The translations under genes were made by a program, and so were the position numbers. Positions 30,705 through 41,241 of a stretch of 64,000 nt of DNA are shown in pieces. The notes under the pieces were generated by a model that had not been told where the DNA came from, made no database searches, and saw only the letters and a list, made by a program, of their open reading frames with translations. Origin of the DNA: an uncultured Gemmataceae bacterium (GTDB taxonomy: Bacteria > Planctomycetota > Planctomycetia > Gemmatales > Gemmataceae); the NCBI GenBank assembly GCA_963750165.1, contig CAVVPN010000003.1, positions 1,152,001 to 1,216,000 on the forward strand, given 5' to 3'. Position 1 is the first letter of the stretch, and each line of letters begins with the position of its first letter.

Positions 30705-31727
30705 TCAGCGATTGCGGCCAAGGTTGCTGGGATTGAACTGGTCATCCGTCCACTGCTGTTCGGGCACGCGGAACTGGTCAAAAGCGTAATACTCGACCTC
30801 CTGGCCGCGGTCATCAACGGTGATAACCATGACGGGCAGGCGCAGGGTGGTGTCGAAGAACCACCAGCGTTGGCCGCCGCGCGGCAGCTGCGGTTCGCGG
30901 CCCGGCATGATGACCTGATGGACGGTCTCCAGGGCCTTGGTCCCGTATTCCGGCCGCTGCATCGGTCCGAGATACTTGAGGGAACCGGCCCGCGGGTCGC
31001 CCTTTTCAAAGGCGTCCAGCAGGCGGCCGAACTGATCGATCATGTTGCCGAGGCCCGCCTCGGTGACCGGATGGCGGGCGCGATCCATGACCGTGGGACT
31101 CAGTGGGTCCAGTTCGATCAGCGCACCCTTCGGCTTGAAGGGGTGCTCGCCGGGGGCTGTGAAGATCTGCATCTTGTTATTGTACCGGCCCTTGACGAAG
31201 ATCATCTCGCGCCCCTTGCCAGCCGTGCCGATCCATTTGAAGTAGACGCTCCAGGGCGCCTGGCGGAACCGGAACTGGACCTGCTCCTCGGGCTGTTGCT
31301 TGCCGTTCACGACCTCGCGGCGGCGCAGCAACACCTCATAGCAGTTGATGGCAGCGTAGCGTTCGGCGCAGAGGCGGTACAGGGTGCGCAGCGGCGACGC
31401 GGCGGCGGTGTTCGGCGACACGGGCGGGTTGGGGGCGGCATTCGGCTGGGCTGGATTGGTGGACGCCGTCGGCTGGGCGAGTCGGGTTGGTTCGGTCAGG
31501 GCGGGCGCTGGCGGTGCGGTGTCGTTGATGGCCAGCGGCGTGCCGGCCTGGGCCAGCGGTGCGGGCGGTGCTGCAGGCTGCTGTGCCGCCGGCTGCGCCG
31601 GCTGGCCGACGAAGGGCCTGGGTGGGGGGTCCGGTGCGGTGCCGCGCGGGGTCGAGCGACAGCCGAGGACAGTCAGGGCGACCAGCAGGCCGAGCGAGCC
31701 GAACCGGCGAACGTGACGGCGGAGCAT
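30705..31727 (-). CDS. DUF1571-domain lipoprotein
   Basis: VLGC lipobox; P/A-rich linker; RREVVNG, FRQAPWSVYFKW and RHPVTEAG motifs. Confidence 0.8.
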   Translation of the reverse strand: MLRRHVRRFGSLGLLVALTVLGCRSTPRGTAPDPPPRPFVGQPAQPAAQQPAAPPAPLAQAGTPLAINDTAPPAPALTEPTRLAQPTASTNPAQPNAAPNPPVSPNTAAASPLRTLYRLCAERYAAINCYEVLLRRREVVNGKQQPEEQVQFRFRQAPWSVYFKWIGTAGKGREMIFVKGRYNNKMQIFTAPGEHPFKPKGALIELDPLSPTVMDRARHPVTEAGLGNMIDQFGRLLDAFEKGDPRAGSLKYLGPMQRPEYGTKALETVHQVIMPGREPQLPRGGQRWWFFDTTLRLPVMVITVDDRGQEVEYYAFDQFRVPEQQWTDDQFNPSNLGRNR

Positions 31728-31938
31728 GCCAGCATCCCTTCTCCTGGAACCGGGCGACCAGCCCGAGGCACTATCCACCTCGGGGCCGCGAACATAGCGA
31801 CAAAAGCGTGCCAGAAACAGACGAATTTTTTCGCGCGAATAGGACAGCGCTCGTTACCGATCCGTTACACACTGGCCGCCGCGGTGGGATTACAATAGCC
31901 GGCGTACCGATCACCCCGACCCCGATTGGAGGACGGCC

Positions 31939-33087
31939 ATGCACCGTGTCTTCGCGTCTCTCGCCGGCCTGGCACTGCTGGGCCTGGCCACCGTCGCACC
32001 GGCCCAGGACGGCCCCAAACCCGCTCCGCAACAGCCCGCCGAGGAGCCGCGCGACATCGACATCGTCATCTGCCTGGACGTGTCCGGCAGCATGAACGGC
32101 CTGCTCGACTCCGCCCGCGTTCGCCTCTGGGACATCATCAACGAGATGGCCAAGGTCAAGCCCGCGCCGAACCTGCGCGTCGGCCTGTACAGCTACGGCC
32201 GCAATGACAGCGGCAACAACGGCCACATCCGCGAGGAGATCGACCTGACCCACGACCTGGACGCGCTGTATCAGAAGCTGTTCGCGCTGAAGATCGGCGG
32301 TAGCGTCGAATACGTGACGCGCGTCTGCCGCGACGCCACCGAGCAGCAGCCGTGGTCGAAGCACAAGAACGCGCTGAAGATCATCTTCGTGTGCGGCAAC
32401 GAGCCGGCGTCGCAGGACCAGGTGGTGACGCGGCAGATGGCCGCGGACAAGGCCAAGGCCGCCGGCATCCTCATCAACCCGATCTTCTGCGGCAACCCGA
32501 CGCACCCCGACGCCCAGGATTGGATCGCGTTTGCACGGCAGAGCGGCGGTCGCTTCGCCAGCATCGACCAGCAGCGCGGCGTGGTCGTGGTCAACGCGCC
32601 GCAGGACAAGCAGCTGGCCGAGCTGGGCACCAAGCTGAACGCCACCTACGTCGCCTACGGCAAGGCCGGCAAGGACAAGCAGCTGAACCAGGTCGTCCAG
32701 GACGGGAACGCCCTGAAGGCCGGCTACGGCGTGAGCGCGGCCCGCGTCGCCGCCAAGAACAGCGCCCTGTACCGCTGCGACGACTGGGACCTCGTGGACC
32801 GCTGCAAGAACGACGCGAAGTTCGACGTGACCAAGCTGACCGCCGACGAGTTGCCCCAGGCCATGCGCAAGCTGACCGCCGCGCAGCGCATCGCTTACGT
32901 CAAGGACATGACGGCGAAGCGTGCCGCCCTGCAGCAGCAGATCAATAAGTTGAGCCAGGAGCGCACCAACTACGTCAACGAGCAGATGAAGAAGAACAAG
33001 AACGCCGGCGCCCAGGCGTTCGACGCGGCCCTTCGCGAGACGCTGCGCATCCAGGCCAAGGAGCGCGGCATCAGCATCCCGAAGTGA
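31939..33087 (+). CDS. Exported vWA-domain protein
   Basis: MIDAS motif LDVSGSM; CGNEP; signal peptide. Confidence 0.85.
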   Translation: MHRVFASLAGLALLGLATVAPAQDGPKPAPQQPAEEPRDIDIVICLDVSGSMNGLLDSARVRLWDIINEMAKVKPAPNLRVGLYSYGRNDSGNNGHIREEIDLTHDLDALYQKLFALKIGGSVEYVTRVCRDATEQQPWSKHKNALKIIFVCGNEPASQDQVVTRQMAADKAKAAGILINPIFCGNPTHPDAQDWIAFARQSGGRFASIDQQRGVVVVNAPQDKQLAELGTKLNATYVAYGKAGKDKQLNQVVQDGNALKAGYGVSAARVAAKNSALYRCDDWDLVDRCKNDAKFDVTKLTADELPQAMRKLTAAQRIAYVKDMTAKRAALQQQINKLSQERTNYVNEQMKKNKNAGAQAFDAALRETLRIQAKERGISIPK

Positions 33088-33092
33088 CGGCT

Positions 33093-33153
33093 GTCGGAGC
33101 CCGAGCGCCAGCGCTGGGCCAGCGCTGCCCCGCGCTGGCGCTCGGGCTCTGAC
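33093..33153. repeat. REP-like inverted repeat (AGCCCGAGCGCCAGCG type)
   Basis: 22-bp arms with one mismatch, between co-directional genes. Confidence 0.75.
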
Positions 33154-33175
33154 CGAGCGGTATGAGGCAATCGTC

Positions 33176-33918
33176 ATGAACCGTCAGCGTATCGTCGTCG
33201 TTGAGGACGAACCCGCCATCCGCCGCGGCGTCGTGGACGTGCTCCGCGCCTCGGGCTACGAGGTCGTCGAGGCCGCAGACGGCGCCTGCGGTCAGGAGGA
33301 GGCGGTGCGGCTCGGCGTCAGCCTGGTGCTGCTCGACCTGATGCTGCCGCGCAAGGACGGCCTGGAAGTGCTCGGCGAAGTGCGGCGGTTGCGGCCGACG
33401 CTGCCGGTGATCGTGCTGACGGCGCGCGGCAGCGAGGACGACCGCGTTCGCGGCCTGACGATGGGCGCTGACGATTACGTCGTCAAGCCGTTCTCGGCGC
33501 GGGAGCTGCTGGCGCGCGTCGAGGCGGTGCTGCGGCGGGCGCTGGGCCGGCCGCCGGACGTGTTCGGGCGCGCCTGGGCCACGCCGTCATCGACTTCGGC
33601 CGCCGCGAAATCCGCTGGGGCGACGGCGAGCGCAGCGACCTGTCGGAGACGGAAGCCGCGCTGCTCGGCTTCCTGGTCGCCAACCAGCAGCGCGCCGTTT
33701 CGCGCGACGAACTGTTGACGTGGCTGTGGGGCATCGGTCCACAGCGCATCGAGACGCGCACCATTGACATGCACATCGCCCGGCTGCGGACCAAGCTGCG
33801 CGACCCCGCCGGCCGGCCGACGCCGGAGGCGATTTTGACCGTCCGTGCCCAGGGCTACATGGCCGCGCCGGATTTGACGCCGCTGCTCGAACCGCTCACC
33901 GTTGAGGACGCCTCATGA
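33176..33918 (+). CDS. OmpR-family response regulator; frameshift near 33568
   Basis: VEDE, LDLMLP and [10 protein letters not shown] receiver; wHTH motifs [22 protein letters not shown]. Confidence 0.9.
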
Positions 33919-36097
33919 AGACGTGGTTGCGAGCCAGGCCGCGCGGCATGCTCGGCTTTGTGCTGATCGCGAGCCTGGTGGCCGGCGGCCTCGGCTGGGC
34001 GAGCGCCGCGGCGCTGCGCCTGGAGCAGGATCAGCTCACCGCCCAGGTCCGGGGTGAGCACGCCGAGCGCCAGCGGACGCAGCAGCGCGAGCGCGACCAA
34101 CGACGGCAGACGCGCGAGCGCGAGCGTGCCCGGCTGGAGACGGAGGCGCAGACGGAGTTCGCCAGCCGGCTGCGGTTGGCGATGTGGCGGCTGGACAGCC
34201 GCATCGCGCGCGTGCTGGCGCCGAGGACGCCCGGCCGTATCACCATTACAGCGCCGTGTTCGCGCCCACGGCGGCCCTGGACGCCGGCGGCAAGCGCGTG
34301 CCGGACGGGGCGGTGCTGGTGCCGTCGCCGCTGCTGAACCTGGACGAGCCGGAGTGGATGCTGCTGCACTTCCAGACGTCGCCGGAGACCGGTTGGGGCT
34401 CACCGCAGGTGCTGCCGGTCGGCTATCAAAAATTGCTGGCCAAAAGTCGCGTCGCCTTCACCGGCGTCACCCGCCAGCGCATCCAGCTGCTGGCGGAGCT
34501 GGCCGGCGACGACACCACGCAGGCACTGGTGCAGAACATCGAGCGCCAGGAGTTGCAGTTCGCCGCCAACAACGACGCGCCGGCCAACCTGGTGCAGCTG
34601 CCGCTGGACCTGCGCAACCAGGATCAGCAGCAGGCCCAGCAGCCGCAGAAGAAGGACATGGCCGGCCAGCAGGGGCCGTCCCAGCAGGCGCTGACGCAGC
34701 AGGAGTACGTGTGGCGCCAGCAGCAGCGTTTCACGGTCAACAACGCCTTCCTCAAGAACGCCTACCAGGACGAGAACGCCAGCAACTGGATCACCAACAC
34801 CAACAACCTGAAGACGTGGCCCCCGCCGGGCGGCCTGCGTCCGGGCCCGTCCGGCGAGGTACTCATCAGCCTCAGCCCGATGACGCCGTTGTGGCTGGAG
34901 ACGGCCGCCCAGGATCGGCTCGTGGTCGCCCGGCTGGTGCGCATCGAGAGCCCGGCGGAGGCCCAGCTGGCGCTGCTGGCCGCGTGGCCGGCCGCCCGGA
35001 CGCCGTCGCTGGCGGCGCTGGGCACGCACGAGCACCTGCGCCGCCGGGCGGGGCAGCCGCGGCTGGTCTGCCAGGGCATCGTGCTCGACTGGCCGGCCCT
35101 GCAAAACCTGCTGGCCGCGGAGGTGCGCGACCTGTTCCCGAAGGCGAAGGTGCTGCCGATGCACGCCGAGGTGCCGCCGCACCCGGAACGCACCATGACG
35201 GCGCTGCCGGTGGAACTCGATCCCGGCGAGGCGCCCGCCGTGCCGCCGGCACCACCCGAGGAGGCCGTGGCGCCCGACCCCGGGCCGGAGGTGGCCGCCG
35301 ACCTGGGTTGGACGCCGCTGCGCGTCGGCCTGGCGCTGGCGTGGGCGGCGGCGCTGGTGGCGCTGACGGCGGTCGGCCTCGGCGGCTGGTCGCTGCTGGA
35401 GCTGTCCGAGCGCCGCATCCGCTTCGTCTCGGCGGTGACGCACGAGCTGCGTACGCCGCTGACGACACTGCGGCTCTACCTCGACATGCTCACCGGCGGC
35501 CTGGTGCAGTCGGAGGAGCAGCGCGACCAGTATCTGCACACGCTGCACGGCGAGACAGAACGGCTGACCCGCCTGGTCGGCAACGTGCTGGACTTCTCAC
35601 GCCTGGAGAATCAGCGGCCGCGGCTGGAGCTGGCACCGGTGCGGCTCGGCGACCTGCTGGGCCAGGTGGCGGCGACCTGGCGGACGCGCTGCGCCGACGC
35701 GGACAAGGTGCTGGAACTGGACAACGAGCTGGGCGACGATTACCCGCTGGTGACGGACGTGAACCTGATGCAGCAGATCGTCGGCAACCTGATCGACAAC
35801 GCCTGCAAATACAGCCGTGGCGCAGACGATCCGCACCTCTGGGTGCGCGTGCAGCCGGGCGGCGCCGGCCGGGTGCGGATAGCGGTGGAGGACCGCGGCC
35901 CGGGCGTCAAGGCGGCGGAGCGGCGGTCGATCTTCCGGCCGTTCTGTCGCGGTCGCAGTTCGGACGTGAGCCCCGGCGGCGTCGGGCTGGGGCTGGCGCT
36001 GGCGCAGCGCTGGGCGGGGTTGCTCGGCGGCCGGCTGACGCTGGAGGCGCCGGCCGGCGGCGTCGGGGCGTGCTTCGTGCTGGAGTTGCCCGCGTAA
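33915..36097 (+). CDS. Membrane sensor histidine kinase; frameshift near 34222
   Basis: Two TM helices; H-box VTHELRTP; NLIDNACKY, DRGPG and GVGLGL. Confidence 0.9.
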
Positions 36098-36126
36098 TCG
36101 CGATAACACCCGGATGAGGTTTTAGG

Positions 36127-36468
36127 GTGACACACCTCGCGCTGCAACCGTTGCGCATCCCGAGTGGTTGGTCGGTTGAATACCATTCGTTTTTTGAGGG
36201 CGATCCCGATTTCACCGAGATGCCGGTCGAGCAACTGCAAATGTATTTCAATCAGGATTTGCTGCAAATCCGCCACCCGCTCCGCAATCGCCTGGTCGAT
36301 TTGGGATGGTATCCCCACGGCGATCTGGCCGAAGGGAATTTTGGCCTGGCCGTGTACGAAGGAGACTGTCGGGGGCCGCTTCTGTACGAGTTCAAATCAA
36401 GAGATCGCTTGTCGGTAGTGTCGGAGATCGAGCGCGTACTGGCTGCGGTTTCTGCGGGCGAGTTGTAG
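36127..36468 (+). CDS. Hypothetical protein (LQPLRIPSGW family)
   Basis: 113-aa ORF, lower GC; QDLLQI...VDLGWYP motif. Confidence 0.7.
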   Translation: MTHLALQPLRIPSGWSVEYHSFFEGDPDFTEMPVEQLQMYFNQDLLQIRHPLRNRLVDLGWYPHGDLAEGNFGLAVYEGDCRGPLLYEFKSRDRLSVVSEIERVLAAVSAGEL

Positions 36469-36495
36469 GACCTCCGGAATGGCGGAAGCAGAACG

Positions 36496-37446
36496 ATGCC
36501 CGCGAACCCCTTCGACCAGGCCAGCCGCTACGCCGCCCGGCTCGATCCGCTCGGCCTGCTCCGCTGGCTCCTGCCGAAATTGCCTGCCAGCTTCCGCTTC
36601 CTGCGCTGGCTGGACACGCGCAACTTGCCGTTCCCTGGCGAGCGCGACCGCACCAGCGACACCGTCGCCTGCCTGGAGGACGCGGACAACCCCGGGCCGC
36701 TTTGGGCCTTGCCGGTCGAGTTTCAGGCGGAGCCGGATTCCGAGATGTTCGGCCGGTTGCTGGAGTACCTGGGCTCACTCTGGCTGCGGGAGCGGCCGCC
36801 GGGGCCGCGCGGCGACCGCTACCAGGTGGGGGCCGTGCTCGTCAACCTCACCGGCGTCGGTGACGCATCGCGCGACTTCCGGCTTGCCGACACGGGCGTC
36901 TTCACGAGCCTGGGCGTGGGCGAATGCAACGTCGCCACCCGCAGCGCCGCGGCAACGCTGGAGGACATCGCCGCCGGACGGGTGGCGCGGTGCGTGCTGC
37001 CGTTCATTCCGCTGATGCAGGGCGGCGGTGAAACGGGTATAATCGCGCGATGGCAGGAAGTCGCGCTGACGGAACCGGAGTCGCGCAAGCGCGGCGACTA
37101 CGGCGGCTTGGCCGTGGTGTTCGCCGAGTTGGCCGACCGCCGGGCACAGTGGAAAGAAGCGTTAAAGGAGTGGAATGTGAAGCAATCGCAACAGGTGCTG
37201 GAGTGGCAGGCCGAGGCGATGGCCGAGGGGGAAGCCCGCGGCGAGGCCCGGGGCGAGGCCCGCGGCGAGGCCCGGGGGAGGGTTCAGGCACTTCGGGATG
37301 TCCTTCGTGGCCTTCTGGAACAACGCTTTGGCACTCTCCCAGAAGCCCTGCTGGGAAGCATTAACATGCTCGATGACCCCGAACGCCTTCAACGTGCGAC
37401 CCGCCAGGTGCTCGACATTAAGGGATTGGATCAACTTCAATTGTGA
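36496..37446 (+). CDS. Rpn/YhgA-like PD-(D/E)XK nuclease-family protein (long form)
   Basis: RTSD...VEFQ..PD motif, VLVNLTG, LPFIPLM, (GEAR)4 linker and LEQRFG C-terminal domain. Confidence 0.75.
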   Translation: MPANPFDQASRYAARLDPLGLLRWLLPKLPASFRFLRWLDTRNLPFPGERDRTSDTVACLEDADNPGPLWALPVEFQAEPDSEMFGRLLEYLGSLWLRERPPGPRGDRYQVGAVLVNLTGVGDASRDFRLADTGVFTSLGVGECNVATRSAAATLEDIAAGRVARCVLPFIPLMQGGGETGIIARWQEVALTEPESRKRGDYGGLAVVFAELADRRAQWKEALKEWNVKQSQQVLEWQAEAMAEGEARGEARGEARGEARGRVQALRDVLRGLLEQRFGTLPEALLGSINMLDDPERLQRATRQVLDIKGLDQLQL

Positions 37447-37610
37447 CACACTCCTCGCACGCTGGAGCGGAGGGCCGGATTCCTGTAGAGAGAAGCGTGA
37501 AAGGAGTGGAACGTGAAGCAATCGCAACAGGTGCTGGAGTGGCAGGCCGAGGCGATGGCCGAGGGGGAAGCCCGCGGCGAGGCCCGGGGGAGGGTTCAGG
37601 CACTTCGGGA
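37155..37610 (+). repeat. Direct repeat 37155-37298 / 37491-37610
   Basis: Near-identical RBS-GTG-KQSQQVLEWQAEAMAE-(GEAR)n-GRVQALR segment; the copies differ by two 12-bp units. Confidence 0.95.
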
Positions 37611-37758
37611 AGTGTTGCAGAGCCTCCTGGAACACCGCTTCGGCAAGTTGCCGGAGGATTTGCTAACGCGCATTAACACCACAGAGGATTTGAGCCACCT
37701 CCAGAACGCCATCAACAAGGGCTTCGACATTCAATCATTGGACGAACTGCCCTTGTAA
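37513..37758 (+). CDS. Stand-alone Rpn C-terminal (RpnS-like) small protein
   Basis: AAGGAG RBS, GTG start, intact 81-aa ORF with divergent LEHRFG domain. Confidence 0.75.
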   Translation: MKQSQQVLEWQAEAMAEGEARGEARGRVQALREVLQSLLEHRFGKLPEDLLTRINTTEDLSHLQNAINKGFDIQSLDELPL

Positions 37759-37856
37759 GGCAATAGCCGCACTTGCAGAGTCGGACGCGCGTGAGCGCGT
37801 TCGGGCAGACTCCCTCCCCGCGGACAATCCTTGCGCCGCGTGCCGATTCCCCTGGC

Positions 37857-37885
37857 TTGACATCTCAGTCAATATGTCTTAGCAT
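37857..37885 (+). promoter_or_regulatory. Putative sigma-70 promoter
   Basis: TTGACA-17 nt-TAGCAT in an AT-rich patch upstream of the 38073 gene. Confidence 0.55.
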
Positions 37886-38072
37886 AAAATTGTGATGGTT
37901 CTCACCGTGTTCTCAGGGGATGCGGTTTACATTGAAAGGTCAGACGGAACGACTTTTGCTGGAGAGAAGAGAGAGGGTTTGCGTCTGGAACGGTCTGTGC
38001 CGTGGACGTGTCGTGTACAAGGCAGTCGGGTACCCTGCCAGTGGTTCGCCTTGCTGCCGAAAGGAGCGTTGT

Positions 38073-39457
38073 ATGAGAAGCAGGAGAAGCAGGTTGCATG
38101 TGGGCGCTGGGCTGGCGGCTGCGCTGCTGGCGAGCGCCGCCCTGGGCACGGCGCGGGTCGGCGCCGCCGAGCAGGACGGCGCCGGAACCCAGGTCGCCCA
38201 GGGCGAGAAGCGGCCGGGGTTCGGCGGCTTCCCGCAGTGGGACGGCAAATTCGGCCAACCATCGGGCCGTTTTCGCACCCCCGACGAGCAGGACAGGGAC
38301 AAAGACAAGGGCGACCAGAAGCGCATGGGCTTCGGGGGCGGCTTCGGGAAGGGCGGCTTTGGGAAAGGCGGGTTTGGTGGCGGCTTCGGCCCTGGGGGGC
38401 AGCCCGCCAAGGAGGATTACGCCAAGTGGATGGAACTGGCCAAGCAACTCTACGAGAAGATGAATCAGGAAAAGGCCGGCCCCAAGGGCGAGTTCGGCCC
38501 GACGAAGGGTAAGGGCAAGGGCGAGTTCGGCCCGTGGATGGGCAAGGGCAAAGGCAAGGGGGGATTCGGTTCGCCGATGGGCAAGGGCAAGGGCAAGGGC
38601 GGTCCGGAAGCCGGCAAGGGCCAGGCGGATGACTATGCCAAATGGATGGCCCTGGCCAAGCAGCTCTATGAGAAGTTCCAGATGGAAAAGGGCGGCCCCA
38701 AGGGTGGCGGCCCCGGCAAGGAGATGAAGAAGGGCCCCGGCCCTGGCAAGGAAATGAAAAAGGGCCCGCCCTGGGCGGAGATGGCGAAAAAACAGTCCGA
38801 GAAGGGCCGCCCCTGGGCCCAGGAGAGTCGCAAGGCCGCGCCCAAGGGTTCGCCCATGGCCAGGTGGGGCCAGCAGTTCTCCAGGCGGCCGGATGACCGC
38901 TGGCGACACGGCGGAATGCAGCACCACGCCGCCGGTCGCTTCGGCATGGGCCATTTCGGCGGCTTCGGCGGCCACCACATGGCGTTCGGCCATCATCGCT
39001 CCGGCTTCGGCAAAATGGGTGGGGGTGCGCCGGGTTCCACCACGGTTTCGGGCATCCTGGCTTCCACGGCCGCGGCCACACCGGCTTCGGCGGCCATCAC
39101 ATGGCCTTCAGCGGCGGGCGCGGCAGCAGTCACGGCCACGGCTTCACGGCGTTCCATGGCCGCGGTCATGGGATGCAGCACCACGCCTCGCGACCCTGGA
39201 TGCACCACACCGGCTTTGGCGGCCGCGGCGGTCACGGCATGATGCACCACATGGGTGGCATGAGCCGCGGCGGTTGGGGCTCGCACGTCGGCTATCACGG
39301 CTACCAGAGCTGGGGCCACGGCTTCGGCCACGCCGGCTATGGTCACGGCTTCACGTCCTTCGGTGGTCGTGGCCACTTCGGCGGCCCGTCGTGGGGCTAC
39401 TCGTCGCATTTCGGGCCCCAGCATTATTCGATGCAGAGCTACAACCGACGCTGGTAA
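38073..39457 (+). CDS. Exported low-complexity Gly/Lys- and His/Gly-rich protein; frameshift near 39025
   Basis: AAGGAG RBS; signal peptide; duplicated DYAKWM.LAKQLYEK helix; His/Gly/aromatic tail continues in the shifted frame to 39457. Confidence 0.7.
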
Positions 39458-39584
39458 TTCGCGGCCGCGCCGGCTTGCCGTGCGCGGCGCTTCCGCTAAA
39501 CTGCCCGGCGGTGGTCAGGGGCCCAAAAACCCGTGACCGCCGCCGGGATCTCTCTCCGGCTCGTCTTCTCTTTTCGAGGTCGTG

Positions 39585-40739
39585 ATGAAACCTTCCAGCG
39601 TGCGCGTCCGGCCTGGCAACAAATCGTCCACCGCACCGACAGGCGCCGGCAAACTGTCGCAACTAACGCCGGCCCCTGGGGCGAGCCGCGCCTGGGGCAA
39701 GATCGCCCTGCGGCGCCTGCGGCTGTTGCCCTTCCTGGTGTTCGCGGTCGTCAGCGGAGCGTTACTGGTCTACGCCGGTCCCTGGAAGAACAGCGCCCCG
39801 TCGGCGCCGCCAGTTTCCACCAAGCAGGATGAAAAGCCATCGGAGGCCGTCAAGGCTCTGATCGAGACGCTGAAGGACAAGGACGCTGACGTGCGCAAGA
39901 CGGCAGCCCTGGCCCTGGGCAAGATCGGTAAGGAGGCGCGCTTCGCCGTGCCGGCCCTGGTGGCGGCGTTCAAGGACGAGGACCGGGATGTGCGCGGCGC
40001 CGCTGTGGTGGCGCTGGGCCGCATCGGCAAGGACGCGGAAGCCGCTGCCCCGGCCCTGGCGGCGCTGCTCAAGAACAACGACCGCGACCTCCAGGCGGCC
40101 GCCGCCCTGGCCCTGTCGCGCGTCGGCAAGGGCGCGCGGGTCGCCGTGCCCGCCCTGAGGACACTCCTCAAGGAGGATGACAAGAAACTCCGCATTTACG
40201 CCCGCGTCGCCCTGGTGGTCATCGACGACGCACCGCAAACGCACCTCACCGCCCTGGCAGCGTTCCTGACCGACAAGGAAGTGGACACCCGCGGCCTGGC
40301 CGCCTGGGCCCTGGGCGAACTGGGCCCGCTGGCCCGCGGCATCGTGCCGGCGCTGGCCGCCGCGCTCAAGGACGAGGACGTGGAGGTACGCCGCACGGTC
40401 GCCCGCGCCCTGGGCGAGATGGGCCCCGACGCCCGCACCGCCGTGCCCGCCCTGGTCGGGGCGCTGAAGGACGGCGACCTGAAGATGCGCGTCGCGGTGG
40501 CCATGACGCTCGGCGACATCGGCCCGGACGCCAAGGCCGCCGTGCCCGCCCTGGTCGGGGCGCTCAAGAGCAAGGACGTGGAACTGCGCGGCGCCGCCGT
40601 GTTCGCCCTGGGCGAGATCGGCCCCGCCGCCCGTGCCGCCATCACCGCCATCACCCAGACCCTGCGCGACGAGGACGCTGACGTGCGCAAGGCCGCGGCC
40701 ACGGCGCTGGGCAAAATCCAGGGCGAAGGCGACGAGTGA
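39585..40739 (+). CDS. Membrane-anchored HEAT-repeat (PBS lyase-like) protein
   Basis: One TM helix, then about 9 LKD.D.DVR..AA.ALG.IG repeats. Confidence 0.9.
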   Translation: MKPSSVRVRPGNKSSTAPTGAGKLSQLTPAPGASRAWGKIALRRLRLLPFLVFAVVSGALLVYAGPWKNSAPSAPPVSTKQDEKPSEAVKALIETLKDKDADVRKTAALALGKIGKEARFAVPALVAAFKDEDRDVRGAAVVALGRIGKDAEAAAPALAALLKNNDRDLQAAAALALSRVGKGARVAVPALRTLLKEDDKKLRIYARVALVVIDDAPQTHLTALAAFLTDKEVDTRGLAAWALGELGPLARGIVPALAAALKDEDVEVRRTVARALGEMGPDARTAVPALVGALKDGDLKMRVAVAMTLGDIGPDAKAAVPALVGALKSKDVELRGAAVFALGEIGPAARAAITAITQTLRDEDADVRKAAATALGKIQGEGDE

Positions 40740-40821
40740 CCGTCTGACTCGAACAATCACGGGACAGGGCCAGCGGCCGCGTTACGGGCAATCCAAGACC
40801 GCCGACCTGGGGTACGAACTC

Positions 40822-41229
40822 ATGGCCAGAACGCCACAGGATGTCACGGAAAAGGAGCTGGAAATCCTCCAGGTGCTCTGGGAACGGGGTCCGTCCACCA
40901 TTCGCCAGATCACCGAGGTGCTCTATCCCGAAGGCCGCACCGCCCAGTACGCCACCGTGCAGAAACTGCTGGAGCGACTGGAGACGAAGCATTGCGTCGC
41001 CCGGGACCGCTCCGGCACCGTCCACGCCTTCACGGCCCGGATCGGCCTGGACGCACTGATCGCCCAGCGGCTGCGCTCGATGGCCGACCAGCTGTGCGGC
41101 GGCTCGTTGGCACCGCTACTAACGCACCTCGTCCAGGCGCAACAACTCAGCGCCAAACAGCGTCAGGAACTGCGTGACCTCATCGACCAGCTCGATCCGG
41201 CCGGCAAGCGCAAGGGCGACCGCCGTTGA
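40822..41229 (+). CDS. BlaI/MecI/CopY-family repressor
   Basis: ELEILQVLWERGP.TIRQI...YATVQKLLERL..K motif. Confidence 0.92.
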   Translation: MARTPQDVTEKELEILQVLWERGPSTIRQITEVLYPEGRTAQYATVQKLLERLETKHCVARDRSGTVHAFTARIGLDALIAQRLRSMADQLCGGSLAPLLTHLVQAQQLSAKQRQELRDLIDQLDPAGKRKGDRR

Positions 41230-41241
41230 AAGGGGGCGACT

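Noticed and set aside
31797..31814. Sigma-54 promoter upstream of DUF1571 gene (TGGCACGCTTTTGT)
   Set aside because: Spacing gives GG-N10-TC, not GC
29772..31898. Long ORFs overlapping real genes (e.g. 29772-31898 +, 6030-7808 +, 15694-17376 +, 60999-62615 +, 34054-36117 +)
   Set aside because: Antisense or alternate-frame shadows expected in high-GC DNA; no recognisable motifs
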